The notes under the pieces: model-generated
What the model was told of the DNA's origin: nothing
Seen by the model: the letters and a program-made list of their open reading frames with translations, nothing else
Database searches by the model: none
Shown here: in pieces, positions 27,610 through 37,359 of the stretch
Numbering within the stretch: the first letter of the stretch is position 1
Layout: every line of letters starts with the position of its first letter
Made by a program: the position numbers and the translations under genes
Assembly (NCBI GenBank): GCA_041611735.1
Contig: JBFIML010000006.1
Location: 59,936 to 123,935 of the forward strand
Length of the DNA stretch: 64,000 nucleotides
Reading direction: 5' to 3'
From: Myxococcota bacterium
GTDB taxonomy: Bacteria > Myxococcota_A > UBA9160 > PR03

Positions 27610-28824
27610 ATGGCGCTCGACGTCCTCGATCCCGAGCTCTATCGGGGCGATCCCCACCCGGACTACGCCTGGCTGCGCAAGAACGATCCGATCCACTGGG
27701 ACGCGCGTCGCGAGCTCTGGATCCTGACCCGCTACGAGCACGTGGTGCACGTCTCGAAGCACCCGCGCCTGTTCTGCTCCGGGCGTGGGGTGCGGCCCGG
27801 CAATCCCACGCCGCTCTCGATCGTGACCATGGACGAGCCACGCCACACCCAGCTGCGGCGCCTCGTGAACCGCGGCTTCACCCCTCGCATGGTCGGGCTC
27901 CTGCAGCCCCGCATCGAGGCCATCGTCGCCGAGAGCCTGGCCCGGGTGCTGTCGCGCGGGCAGTGCGACTTCGTGGCCGACGTGGCGGTGGTGCTCCCGC
28001 TGCTGGTGATCGCCGAGATGCTCGGCATCCGCAGCGAGGATCGCGAGCGCTTCTGGCACTGGTCCGACCACATGATCGCGGCCGACGGCCACTACGACGA
28101 TCCCGAGGTGATGGCCCGCGCCAGCCGGGCCTATGGGGAATACGCCGCCTACCTGAAGGACGTGTTCGCGGACCGGCGACGACGGCCGCAAGAGGACCTG
28201 GTGAGCGTGCTCGTGAATGCGAGTGACGACGGGCTTCTCTCCACCAACGAGGACACGCTGACCGACGACGAGCTCGTGATGTTCATGACGCTGCTCCTCG
28301 TGGCGGGCAACGAGACCACCCGCAACGCCATCAGCGGCGGGATGATCGCCCTGCTCGAGGATCCCGAGGAGCGCGCCAAGCTGTGCGCGCGGCCGGAGCT
28401 GCTGGCGAGCGCGGTGGAAGAGATCCTGCGCTGGACCTCTCCCGTGATCAACTTCATGCGGACCGCCACCCAGGACACGAGCCTGGGCGAGAAGCCCATC
28501 CGGGCCGGCCAGCGCGTGATGCTCTTCTACGCCTCGGCCAACCGCGACGAGGTGGTCTTCCCGGAGGCGGACCGCTTCCGGGTGGACCGGCAGCCGAACC
28601 CCCACGTGGCCTTCGGGATCGGCAACCACTTCTGCCTCGGAGCAAACCTGGCGCGCCTCGAGATCCGCAAGATGTTCGAGGCGCTGATCCCGCATCTCGA
28701 GGACGTGCGCCTCGCCCCCGGTGGGCAGCCGGTCTACGCGCCATCGTCCTTCGTGCGGGGCGTGGAGAGCCTGCCCATCGTGTTCGCGTCCGGCGCCGCG
28801 CGCGCTCAGGGCTCCGTGCCGTAG
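27610..28824 (+). CDS. cytochrome P450 (CYP142/CYP125-like)
   Basis: MDEPRHTQLRRLVNRGFTPR, AGNETT, EEILRW, heme motif FGIGNHFCLGA; GAGGAG SD. Confidence 0.93.
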   Translation: MALDVLDPELYRGDPHPDYAWLRKNDPIHWDARRELWILTRYEHVVHVSKHPRLFCSGRGVRPGNPTPLSIVTMDEPRHTQLRRLVNRGFTPRMVGLLQPRIEAIVAESLARVLSRGQCDFVADVAVVLPLLVIAEMLGIRSEDRERFWHWSDHMIAADGHYDDPEVMARASRAYGEYAAYLKDVFADRRRRPQEDLVSVLVNASDDGLLSTNEDTLTDDELVMFMTLLLVAGNETTRNAISGGMIALLEDPEERAKLCARPELLASAVEEILRWTSPVINFMRTATQDTSLGEKPIRAGQRVMLFYASANRDEVVFPEADRFRVDRQPNPHVAFGIGNHFCLGANLARLEIRKMFEALIPHLEDVRLAPGGQPVYAPSSFVRGVESLPIVFASGAARAQGSVP

Positions 28825-29411
28825 TCCGAGGCGATGCGCCGGACCAGCTCCTGGATGCGTGCGCGGCGGGCCGCGTCCGCTTCCTTGCGCTCCAGGGACG
28901 CCACGATTCGTCCCAGGCGGCCGGCGGTGCTTGCGCTCTCGAGCTTCTCCCCGCTGGCCGCGTCCTCGAAGAAGTCCAGGATCGCGTCGCGCAGGGCAGC
29001 GTCCTGCACCTCGCCGTAGGCCCGCCACGGCACCGCCAACAGCTTCGCGGCGCGGAAGGAGTTGGTCAGGTAGTGGCGACCGCCCCGCATCACCTGGGCG
29101 CGGTAGTTGAGCTCGAAGTAGGCGATCGCCAGCGCGTTCAGGGCGTCGTAGTTGCGCCGGTCCACGGGGTGCCGCTCCAGGTCGTCGCGCAGGGAGCGCA
29201 GGTCCAGGTCCTGGGTCTTCTCGGGATCCAGCACCACGGCGAAGAACGCCTGGTGGCGGGGCCGCACGTCGTCCAGGACGCGGTCGCGGCCGGAGACGTC
29301 CCAGTGGCTGCCGCTCCCTCCCAGGCGGTAGCGCATGGGTTCCGGAGCGGTGGCGCAGGCCCCGCCGCTCGCGAGCGCGGCCGCGAGCAGGGGAGCGACG
29401 AGCCGGCGCAT
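28806..29411 (-). CDS. hypothetical lipoprotein
   Basis: MRRLVAPLLAAALASGGAC signal/lipobox-like; AGGAGG SD; helical body. Confidence 0.7.
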   Translation of the reverse strand: MRRLVAPLLAAALASGGACATAPEPMRYRLGGSGSHWDVSGRDRVLDDVRPRHQAFFAVVLDPEKTQDLDLRSLRDDLERHPVDRRNYDALNALAIAYFELNYRAQVMRGGRHYLTNSFRAAKLLAVPWRAYGEVQDAALRDAILDFFEDAASGEKLESASTAGRLGRIVASLERKEADAARRARIQELVRRIASDYGTEP

Positions 29412-29437
29412 GCGGTCCTCCTGCCTCCCTGCCAGGT

Positions 29438-30742
29438 CTACGTTCCGTCCGGGCGGTCGGTTGCGGAGGTGTCCCCGCGCCGGCTGCGCGGGGCGACCGG
29501 CGCCCTCGTCCCGCCGTCGTCGCGCTGCCAGACCTCGAGGAGCGCGCGCAGCCGCGCGGGCTCGTTGCAGGACGGATCCCGGATCACGCACTCCGTGAGC
29601 CAGTCGAGGGCGCGTCCCACGAGCGGTCCGGGCCGGCAGCCCAGGATCGCCATCACCGCCCGGCCGTCGAGAGCCAGGTCGTGACGGCGCAGGGCGAGCG
29701 CGCCCGCCTGGCGGATCCGTACCACGGCCTGCCGCAGGGCGGCGACCCGCGCCGCCGTCGCCCGGGCTTCCGTCTGCGGGAGCGATGCCGCCTTCACCTC
29801 GGCCTCGCGCAGGGCCAGCAGCGCCGCCAGGTCCTCCTCGCCCGTGCGCCGCAGCAGGCGCCGCACCGCCACGGGGTTGGCGGGGTCGACGCCCCGCTCC
29901 ACGGGGTGGAGCGCGACGAGCCGCGCCACCCGCCGCAGGGTGCGGCGCGGGAAGCGCAGGCGTCCGAGAATCGCCTCCACGCGGCGCCCCCGGAGCCAGC
30001 CGGCCAGGCGCAGGCCCAGGTCGGGCGGCAGGGCCGTCACCACGGCCGCCGCGTCGGGCTCTGCCTCCGCGCCCAGGATCGCAGCCTCGAGCCCCGTCCT
30101 TCGCAGCAGTGCGAGGCCCGCCGCCGGATCCGGCGCCAGGAGCAGCGCCTCGAGCTCGCGCCGGATGCGCTCCCGGGACACGCCGGCCAGTGCGGGTGCG
30201 CAGTCCGCCAGGGCACGCTCCAGGGCCGGCTCCGCCCGCGCGCCGAGGACGGCCACCAGGCGGGCAGCGCGCACGGCGCGCAGGGGATCCTCGCCGAGGC
30301 GCTCCCGCGCAGCGCCCACGGCGCGCAGCCGCCCCTCGCGCAGGTCCGCGACGCCCTGGTGCGGATCGATCACGCGCTCGGAGACCGGGTCCCACGCCAG
30401 GGCGTTCACGGTGTAGTCCCGGTGGGCCAGGTCGTCGTGCAGGCTCGGCCCGGCCCGGAAGCTAGTGACGTCCACGGGGCCGCTGGCGGTGGGCACCATC
30501 ACGGTGCCGTGGTGCAGGCCGATCGGCACGGAGCGCGGGAACACGGCGAGCACCGCCTCGGGCACCGCCGAAGTGGCCACGTCGAAGTCCTCCACCGGCA
30601 CGCCGCGCAGCAGGTCGCGCACGCACCCCCCCACCAGGAACGCATCGTGGCCGTTCGTCCGGAGCCGGGCGAGCAGCTCCCGCACCGGGGCGGGAATCGC
30701 CGCCGACGCCAGCGAGCGGTCGCTGGTCCGTGAAACCGTCAC
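29438..30742 (-). CDS. class II tRNA nucleotidyltransferase (probably CC-adding type)
   Basis: LVGGCVRD..DFDVAT, DDLAHRDYTVNA, EDPLR, SRERI, C-terminal LALDG..PGPLVG. Confidence 0.85.
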   Translation of the reverse strand: MTVSRTSDRSLASAAIPAPVRELLARLRTNGHDAFLVGGCVRDLLRGVPVEDFDVATSAVPEAVLAVFPRSVPIGLHHGTVMVPTASGPVDVTSFRAGPSLHDDLAHRDYTVNALAWDPVSERVIDPHQGVADLREGRLRAVGAARERLGEDPLRAVRAARLVAVLGARAEPALERALADCAPALAGVSRERIRRELEALLLAPDPAAGLALLRRTGLEAAILGAEAEPDAAAVVTALPPDLGLRLAGWLRGRRVEAILGRLRFPRRTLRRVARLVALHPVERGVDPANPVAVRRLLRRTGEEDLAALLALREAEVKAASLPQTEARATAARVAALRQAVVRIRQAGALALRRHDLALDGRAVMAILGCRPGPLVGRALDWLTECVIRDPSCNEPARLRALLEVWQRDDGGTRAPVAPRSRRGDTSATDRPDGT

Positions 30743-30818
30743 CGACGCCAGTCTACCCGCTGCGTCGGGCTCGTCGGCGACGGCTTCCTCGGTGGCCGCC
30801 CTGGGCTAGCCTGGCCGC

Positions 30819-31355
30819 GTGGCTCCCCGCATCGGGCGCTTCGGTCTCCTCGCGGTGGCAGCGCTGGCGAGTGGCGCGGGCCCGTCGGACCCGGGCGTCG
30901 TGCTCCAGGTGGATCGGAACGAGTTCGCGCTCCAGGCGCGCGACCTGCGCGGCCCGGAAATCGGTCCGCGCCTCGTCGTCGCCCTGGGCTCGCCGGCGAA
31001 CCCCACCCCGCGTGGCGTCTTCCGTCTCGACCGGGTGGTCCGCAATCCGGCCTGGTTCCCCGGGAACCAGGCCCGGGAGGCCGGGGCCCGTCCCCTGCCG
31101 GCGTCGCCCCACGGGCCCCTCGGTGTGGCCAAGATCCCCTTCGCGGAGGGCGGCGCCCTGGCGCTGCACGGCGGCGCACATCCCCTGGTGCTCGGCAAGC
31201 CCGTGTCGCTGGGATGCGTTCGTTCCGCGGACGACGCCCTGCTGGGTCTGATCGCCTGGCTCGACACCCGGGACGCCCTGGCCGAGGTGGGGCCCTCGCA
31301 GCAGGGGGAGTTCGAGCGTCGCTTCCGACGCCCGGTCCGGCTCGTCGTGCGCTGA
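30819..31355 (+). CDS. L,D-transpeptidase (YkuD) family protein
   Basis: Signal peptide; VALGSPANPTPRG, NPAW, ALHGG..VSLGCVR. Confidence 0.85.
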   Translation: MAPRIGRFGLLAVAALASGAGPSDPGVVLQVDRNEFALQARDLRGPEIGPRLVVALGSPANPTPRGVFRLDRVVRNPAWFPGNQAREAGARPLPASPHGPLGVAKIPFAEGGALALHGGAHPLVLGKPVSLGCVRSADDALLGLIAWLDTRDALAEVGPSQQGEFERRFRRPVRLVVR

Positions 31356-31501
31356 GCCGGCCAGCCGCTTCGCCCCGGCTTCTGGCTGCCACCTGCGCCC
31401 GCTCCGCGCCACTTCCTGGCTGAGAACCCTCACGAGGGCGCAGGCCCGGGGGGTAAGTGCGTCCACGGCAGCGCTGTGCGGCGGCCCGGGGAGAGGCGGA
31501 C

Positions 31502-32260
31502 ATGCACCCGATTCGGACTTCCGGCGCCTCGGTCCGGGTGCTGGGCATCGGCGTCCTCGCGCTGGCGTGGCTCGTCGCGCCCGCCGCCCAGGCCGTCCCG
31601 CTCTACTTGACGGGGGGCAACACGGGCTTCGACCCGGCGGCGGTGGCCGCCGCAGGTCTCGCGCCGTTCTTCGTGGCCGATCCGAGCGACGTCTTCCTCA
31701 GCGCGGGGGCTCCCACCACCGGCTTCAGCCCGCAGCTCTCCGTGGTGGAGACCGCGCGCAGGACGCGGAGCAATCCCCAGGCCACGGCAGGCACCCCCTC
31801 GCTCCTCGATCCTGCCCGGGTGGACGTGACCCTCCGCATCACCAACGAGACGGCGGATGCGCTGGTGACGCCGGTCCTGCTCTTCCTCGGGGGCAACCCG
31901 AACGCGACCCTCGGCGACCCCGCGGTGACCGCCATGGGGCTCGAAGCGGATCTGCTCGACGAGATCCTGCGCTTCCGGTCCGCGCCGGACGCCGACCCCC
32001 TCCTGTACGGCGTCCTGGCCCTCCCCAGCCTGGCGCCCGGGGATTCCGTGCATCGTGTGATCCGCTACGTGGTGTCGGACACCATGCGCCTGATCCAGGA
32101 CCCGACCCGATGCGCTCCCGACCCCTCCCCCTGCGTCGTGGTGCCGCCCTACGTCCTCACCGGGATCGACAATCCCACGGTCATCCCGGAGCCGGCGGCC
32201 GTCGTGCTCCTGGCGGCTGGCCTGCTGGGGCTCTTCGGGGCACGCCGGCGGTGCGGCTGA
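31502..32260 (+). CDS. PEP-CTERM sorting-domain protein
   Basis: Signal peptide (..APAAQA) and C-terminal IPEP-AAVVLLAAGLLGLFGA-RRR. Confidence 0.88.
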   Translation: MHPIRTSGASVRVLGIGVLALAWLVAPAAQAVPLYLTGGNTGFDPAAVAAAGLAPFFVADPSDVFLSAGAPTTGFSPQLSVVETARRTRSNPQATAGTPSLLDPARVDVTLRITNETADALVTPVLLFLGGNPNATLGDPAVTAMGLEADLLDEILRFRSAPDADPLLYGVLALPSLAPGDSVHRVIRYVVSDTMRLIQDPTRCAPDPSPCVVVPPYVLTGIDNPTVIPEPAAVVLLAAGLLGLFGARRRCG

Positions 32261-33891
32261 CGCGCCGCCCGGGAGGCACCTGGGCGGTCGCCCTGGGCCT
32301 CCTGCTCGCTGCGGTGCCGACGGCTCGCGGCGCCGAGGAGGAGACGGTGCTGCGTCTGCGGGGCGAGCGGCTCGCCGCGCAGGGGCACTGCCAGGAGGCG
32401 ATTCCGCTCCTCGAGAAGGTCCTGGCGGCCCGCCCTTCCGATGCCCGGGCCGCCTTCGTGGCCGGCCAGTGCCGCGTCCGTCAGCAGCGCTACACCGAGG
32501 CCGCCCAGCTCTTCGAGCGAGCCCGCCAGGCGGATCCCAGCCTCGCCGAAGCCGAGCTCTACCTGGGCATCGCGCGCTTCCACCAGGGCGACCTGGCGGC
32601 GGCGGAACAGGCCCTCGACGCGGCCGCTCCCCGCCTCCCCGATCGGGCCGAGCTGCACCTCTACCGGGGTCTGGTCCTGCTGCAGCGCGCCCAGTCGCGC
32701 GAGGCGGCGACGGCCTTGGAGCGCGCGCGGACCGGCGACCCGGACCTCGACCCGATCGCCTCCTACTACGCCGGATTGGCCTGGGCGGACGCGGAGGAGA
32801 GGAAGCAGGCCGAGGAGGCGCTGCGGCGGGCCCGCCAGCACGCACCGGGCACCGAGTGGGCGACCGAGGCCGACCGGGCCCTGGAGCGGCTGGCGGCGGG
32901 GGCGACCCCGCCCTGGTGGCTGCGGGCCACGCTGGGTGGCGAGTACGACGACAACGTGGTGCTGCGCGCCCAGGGAGTGACGCTGCCCGACGAGATCGGG
33001 CGCGCCCACGACGTGCGCGCGGTCTGGGAGCTGGAGGCGGGCCGCCAGCTCTGGCGCGGCCGCGACTGGGGCCTCGGCGCGCGCCTCGCCTATCGCGGGT
33101 CCGCCCACCAGGACCTGGAGGATTTCAACGACCACTACCCGGTCGGCTCCCTGTGGCTCGACCGGCGCCTGTCGGAGCGGGCCCTGGCCCGGCTCCAGTA
33201 CGACCTCGGCTACGCCTGGTATCAGGGCGATCCCTTCCTGGTCTCCCACGTCCTGACCCCGGCGGTCTTCCGCTACTGGGGAGCGGCGGGGCGCACGGAG
33301 CTCTTCGCCCGGCTGCGGCGCTACAACTTCCTGTTCGGCAACGACGACGTGGTCGACGCGGGGGCGGGCGGCGCCTGCCCCCCCGGCTTCCTGACCTGCG
33401 GTCCGCCGGGTCTCGACGAGGATTCGGCGCGCAATCGCGACGGGCAGGGCGTCTCGGCGGGTGTCGAGCACGTGCTTCCCCTGGCCCTGGCCGAGGCCCG
33501 CCTGCGCGGTGGCTACACGTACCATCGCTACAGCGCGCGGGGGAGCGAGTACTCGTTCCAGGGTCACGAGGTGCACGCGGGGGCCCAGGCGAGCCTGCCC
33601 GCGGCCTTCGTGCTCGACGCGCTGGTGAGCTACACCTACCGGCCGTACCGCAACCGCTCCACCTTCCCCGACCCGGCAGACGTCCGCTTCGACGGAAACC
33701 CGTATCCTCTCCAGAACGAGCGCCGCAGCGACGACGCCTGGCGCTTCGAGGTGGGGCTCGGGCGGGCCGTGACGGAATCGCTCAGCGCGGCGGTGCGCTA
33801 CGGCTACTACAAGCAGCACTCGAACGCCGCGGTCTTCGACTACGATCGCGAGATCCTGGGCTTCTACCTGACCCTGGCCCTGCAGCCCTAG
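32251..33891 (+). CDS. TPR-repeat plus C-terminal outer-membrane beta-barrel protein (DUF560/Slam-like architecture)
   Basis: Signal peptide, several TPRs (AELYLGIARF, LHLYRGLVLL, ASYYAGLAW), then GGEYDDNV and amphipathic strands ending FDYDREILGFYLTL. Confidence 0.75.
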   Translation: MRLTRRPGGTWAVALGLLLAAVPTARGAEEETVLRLRGERLAAQGHCQEAIPLLEKVLAARPSDARAAFVAGQCRVRQQRYTEAAQLFERARQADPSLAEAELYLGIARFHQGDLAAAEQALDAAAPRLPDRAELHLYRGLVLLQRAQSREAATALERARTGDPDLDPIASYYAGLAWADAEERKQAEEALRRARQHAPGTEWATEADRALERLAAGATPPWWLRATLGGEYDDNVVLRAQGVTLPDEIGRAHDVRAVWELEAGRQLWRGRDWGLGARLAYRGSAHQDLEDFNDHYPVGSLWLDRRLSERALARLQYDLGYAWYQGDPFLVSHVLTPAVFRYWGAAGRTELFARLRRYNFLFGNDDVVDAGAGGACPPGFLTCGPPGLDEDSARNRDGQGVSAGVEHVLPLALAEARLRGGYTYHRYSARGSEYSFQGHEVHAGAQASLPAAFVLDALVSYTYRPYRNRSTFPDPADVRFDGNPYPLQNERRSDDAWRFEVGLGRAVTESLSAAVRYGYYKQHSNAAVFDYDREILGFYLTLALQP

Positions 33892-33911
33892 GCACCCGGA
33901 GGAGCACGGCC

Positions 33912-34757
33912 ATGCTGCGGACGATCGGACGACGGAGCGTCCAGGCGGGGGCGTGGCTGCTCGGCGCGTACCTGCTGGCGCTGGCAGGACCCGCCGCCGC
34001 CGGCGACCTGCCCGTGGGCGAGGTGACCGCAGTGACCGGAACCGCCACCGCCGAACGGCCCGGCCAGCCCCCCCGCCCGCTGCGCTGCGGAGACCCGCTG
34101 TTCGCGGGCGAACGCGTCGTGACGGCGCCGGAGGGAAGCGTCGGATTCCTGGCGGGGGAGCACTATGCCCAGCTCCACGAGGGCTCGGCGCTGCGCCTCG
34201 AGCTCACCCGCGACGGGCAGCCCGATTTCGAGCTCGAAGCGGGGCGCGTGCGGATGATCGACCCGCGCGCGGACGGAGCAGCGGCGGCGCTGGCGGCGAC
34301 AGGCGCCCGCGCGCGGCTGGTCGGCACCGACACCGAAGCCTACGTGCTCCCCGAGAAGGTGGCACGCTACGCCATGTTCTGCGAGTACGACGCGCCGCTC
34401 GAGGTGGCCCGGGGCGAGGAGCAGAAGGGCGTGGGTCCGGGCGAGTGCGTGATTGCCAAGCCCCGGGAGCCTCTCTACGCCGCCCGGGCCCACGAGGAGC
34501 GCATTCCCCTCACCGGCCTCGACGCCTGCGAGGCGCCGCAGGTGGCGCTCGGGCCGGTGGTCTCGCGCTTCACGGCGCGTGACGTGGCGGCGCCGCCGAT
34601 TCCGAGCACGCCGTTTCCGGGCCCGCTCGCGGCGGCCGGGATCCTCCGCGACGCGTGCGACGACCCGGGCTCCGGATGCGCCGGCGGCGCGGGCCTCGGT
34701 CTCACCACGTCGCCTCCGGAGCCGGGCTTGCCGCCGGGTGTGGGCGCCCCGCGCTGA
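33912..34757 (+). CDS. exported FecR-domain protein
   Basis: Signal peptide; VGEVTAVTGTA..LRCGDPLFAGERVVT, LEAGRVR, ARLVGT; Cys/Pro-rich tail. Confidence 0.72.
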   Translation: MLRTIGRRSVQAGAWLLGAYLLALAGPAAAGDLPVGEVTAVTGTATAERPGQPPRPLRCGDPLFAGERVVTAPEGSVGFLAGEHYAQLHEGSALRLELTRDGQPDFELEAGRVRMIDPRADGAAAALAATGARARLVGTDTEAYVLPEKVARYAMFCEYDAPLEVARGEEQKGVGPGECVIAKPREPLYAARAHEERIPLTGLDACEAPQVALGPVVSRFTARDVAAPPIPSTPFPGPLAAAGILRDACDDPGSGCAGGAGLGLTTSPPEPGLPPGVGAPR

Positions 34758-34841
34758 CGTCGGCGCCCGCGTTGCCCGCGGGCGGTCGCATGGCGCGCCT
34801 GGGTTATGCTTGCCGCCTCGACCCGGCACGAGGAGGAAGGC

Positions 34842-35534
34842 ATGGCTGCCAAGCGGGCGGGGCGCGACATCGATTTCCCGAGCGACGGCGAGCGGGCGCG
34901 CGGCTACCTGGCGCTGCCCGCCTCCGGACACGGAACCGGCATGATCGTGATCCAGGAGTGGTGGGGGCTCGTGGACCACATCCGGGACGTCTGCGACCGC
35001 TTCGCCCGGGAAGGCTTCGTGGCTCTGGCACCCGACCTCTACCGTGGCGAGTCCACCACGAGCCCCGACGAGGCCGGGCGCCTCATGATGGGACTCGAGA
35101 TTCCGCGCGCCGCCCGGGATCTGGATGGCGCCGTGCAGGCGCTGCTCGGTCACGAGGCCGTGGAGGGGGGCCGGGTCGGTGCCATCGGCTTCTGCATGGG
35201 CGGCCAGCTGGCCCTCTACGCCGCCACCCGCAATGCGAAGATCGGGGCCGTGGCGGACTTCTACGGCGTGCATCCCAACGTGACGCTCGACTACTCCGGC
35301 CTCGAGGCTGCAGTGCTCGGCATCTTCGCCGCGGACGACGAGTTCGTGACGCCCGAGGCCGCCCGCAAGCTCCAGGCGGACCTGAAGGCCGCCCGCAAGC
35401 GCGTGCAGATGGAGATCTATCCCAACGTGGGGCACGCCTTCTTCAACGACACGCGGCCCGACGCCTTCGACGCCGACGCGGCGGCGCGCGCCTGGGCCGA
35501 GACCCTGGCCTTCTTCCGCGCGGAGCTGCGTTGA
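34842..35534 (+). CDS. dienelactone hydrolase family protein
   Basis: VIQEWWGL, LAPDLY, GFCMGG, GHAFFND; AGGAGG SD. Confidence 0.92.
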   Translation: MAAKRAGRDIDFPSDGERARGYLALPASGHGTGMIVIQEWWGLVDHIRDVCDRFAREGFVALAPDLYRGESTTSPDEAGRLMMGLEIPRAARDLDGAVQALLGHEAVEGGRVGAIGFCMGGQLALYAATRNAKIGAVADFYGVHPNVTLDYSGLEAAVLGIFAADDEFVTPEAARKLQADLKAARKRVQMEIYPNVGHAFFNDTRPDAFDADAAARAWAETLAFFRAELR

Positions 35535-36436
35535 GCCAGGGCGCCCTGGTCCCGGTCGGCCGCCCGCGCGGCGGCCGGGGCGGCTTGCGGCAGCGCCTGC
35601 TGCCCGGGCCGCTGCGGGATCTCGAGGACGAACTCGAGCGCCGGCTGGCCTCCCTGCCCACCCGGGTGAACGAGTACGGCTACGACGCCTTTGGCTTCGA
35701 TCCCGAGTACGCGCGGCCCTGGCTGCTGCCCGCCGCATTCCTATACCGCTATTGGTTCCGGGTCGAGACGCGCGGCCTCGAGCACCTGCCCGAGGGTCGC
35801 GTCCTCGTGGTGGGCAACCACGCGGGCAACACCTTTGCCTACGACGCCGCCATGCTCGGCATGGCGACGCTGCTCGAGGCCCACCCGCCCCGGGTGCTGC
35901 GCGGCATGGCCGAGTACTACCTGCCGACGCTTCCCTTCTTCAACGTGTTCATGCAGCGCATGGGATCGGTGGTGGGGACCCCCGAGAACTGTGCCCAGCT
36001 CCTGGAGCAGGGCGAGGCCATCATGGTGTTCCCGGAAGGGCAGCGCGGCTTCGTGAAGCCCTTCACGAAGCGCTATCAGCTCCAGGAGTTCGGACTCGGC
36101 TTCATGCGACTTGCGCTCGAAACGGACACGCCGATCGTCCCGGTCGGGATCGTCGGGGCCGAGGAGCAGAACCCCGCCTTCGCGAACCTGCCCTGGCTCG
36201 GGCGCTGGATCGGCTCCCCCGCCTTTCCGATCACGCCCACCTTCCCGTGGCTGGGCCTGCTCGGCTTCCTGCCGCTGCCGGTCAAGTTCCGTATCCAATT
36301 CGGACGGCCGCTGCGCTTCGAGGGCGATGCCAACCAGGAGGACGCGGACGTCACCCGCCAGGTGGAGAAGGTCAAGACCGCGATCCGGGCCCTCGTCCGC
36401 AAGGGATTGACCGCCCGTCGCGGCTGGTTCGTGTGA
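35531..36436 (+). CDS. lysophospholipid/glycerol acyltransferase family protein
   Basis: NEYGYDAFGFDP, VGNHAG..YD, VFPEG, GFMRLAL, VGAEEQ; TTGA overlap. Confidence 0.88.
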   Translation: MSQGALVPVGRPRGGRGGLRQRLLPGPLRDLEDELERRLASLPTRVNEYGYDAFGFDPEYARPWLLPAAFLYRYWFRVETRGLEHLPEGRVLVVGNHAGNTFAYDAAMLGMATLLEAHPPRVLRGMAEYYLPTLPFFNVFMQRMGSVVGTPENCAQLLEQGEAIMVFPEGQRGFVKPFTKRYQLQEFGLGFMRLALETDTPIVPVGIVGAEEQNPAFANLPWLGRWIGSPAFPITPTFPWLGLLGFLPLPVKFRIQFGRPLRFEGDANQEDADVTRQVEKVKTAIRALVRKGLTARRGWFV

Positions 36437-37359
36437 ACACAGCCCACGCCCACGACTTCCGCCGACAGGATCGCCGCTCGCTCCGCCTCGCCATCGCGGT
36501 GGTGGTCTGCTTCCTGATCGTGGAGGTGGCAGGGGGCTGGCTGTCCGGCAGCCTGGCCCTGCTCGCCGACGCCGGGCACATGGCCACGGACCTGGCCGCC
36601 CTGGCCCTGGCGCTCTTCGCCCTGCGTCTCGCCGAGCGCCCGCCCACGCCGGCCAAGAGCTTCGGCTACCAGCGCACCGAGATCCTGGCCGCCCTGGCCA
36701 ACGGGGTGCTGCTGGTGCTGATCGCAATCACGGTGGCGAGAGAGGCCGTCGGTCGGCTCGGCGAGCCTCCTGCGGTGCGGGGCGGCCTCATGCTCGGGGT
36801 GGCGGTGGCGGGGCTGGTGGCCAATCTGGTGTGCGCGGCGCTGCTCCATTCCGGGCGCGCCCGGAGCCTGAACCTGCGCGGCGCCTTCCTGCACGTGGTG
36901 GGTGACGCGCTGGGCTCGGTGGGAGCCATCTTCGCCGCCCTGGCCATCGCCTGGAAGGGCTGGATGCTGGCGGATCCGTTGGTGGCGCTGGGCGTCGCCG
37001 CCCTGATCCTGATCTCGGCCTGGAGCCTGGTGCGGGAGTCGGTCAACGTGCTCATGGAGGCGACCCCCGCCCACGTGGATCTCGCGGCACTGGAGCGGGA
37101 AATCCGGGCGGTGCCGGGCGTGCGGGACCTGCACGACCTGCACGTCTGGACGCTCACCTCCGGCTACCACGCCATGAGCGCCCACGTGGACGTGGCCGAG
37201 GGCGCCGATGCGCACGCCGTGCTGCACCGGCTCTCCGGCGTGGCCGAGAGCCGCTTCGGGATCGCGCACACCACGTTCCAGCTCGAGCCTGCGGAACCCC
37301 TGCTGCGCATCCAGGGCGAGCCACCGCGGGCCCGCGTGCCGGACCCTCGAGCGCCCTAG
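36433..37359 (+). CDS. cation diffusion facilitator (CzcD/ZitB-like) transporter
   Basis: SLALLADAGHMATD, SFGYQRTEILAAL, LHVVGDALGS, HDLHVW, HTTFQLE. Confidence 0.92.
   Translation: MNTAHAHDFRRQDRRSLRLAIAVVVCFLIVEVAGGWLSGSLALLADAGHMATDLAALALALFALRLAERPPTPAKSFGYQRTEILAALANGVLLVLIAITVAREAVGRLGEPPAVRGGLMLGVAVAGLVANLVCAALLHSGRARSLNLRGAFLHVVGDALGSVGAIFAALAIAWKGWMLADPLVALGVAALILISAWSLVRESVNVLMEATPAHVDLAALEREIRAVPGVRDLHDLHVWTLTSGYHAMSAHVDVAEGADAHAVLHRLSGVAESRFGIAHTTFQLEPAEPLLRIQGEPPRARVPDPRAP

Noticed and set aside
27610-28824. P450 as part of the CarH/photolyase operon
   Set aside because: Separated by a long hairpin and has its own promoter with a different palindrome; read-through cannot be fully excluded
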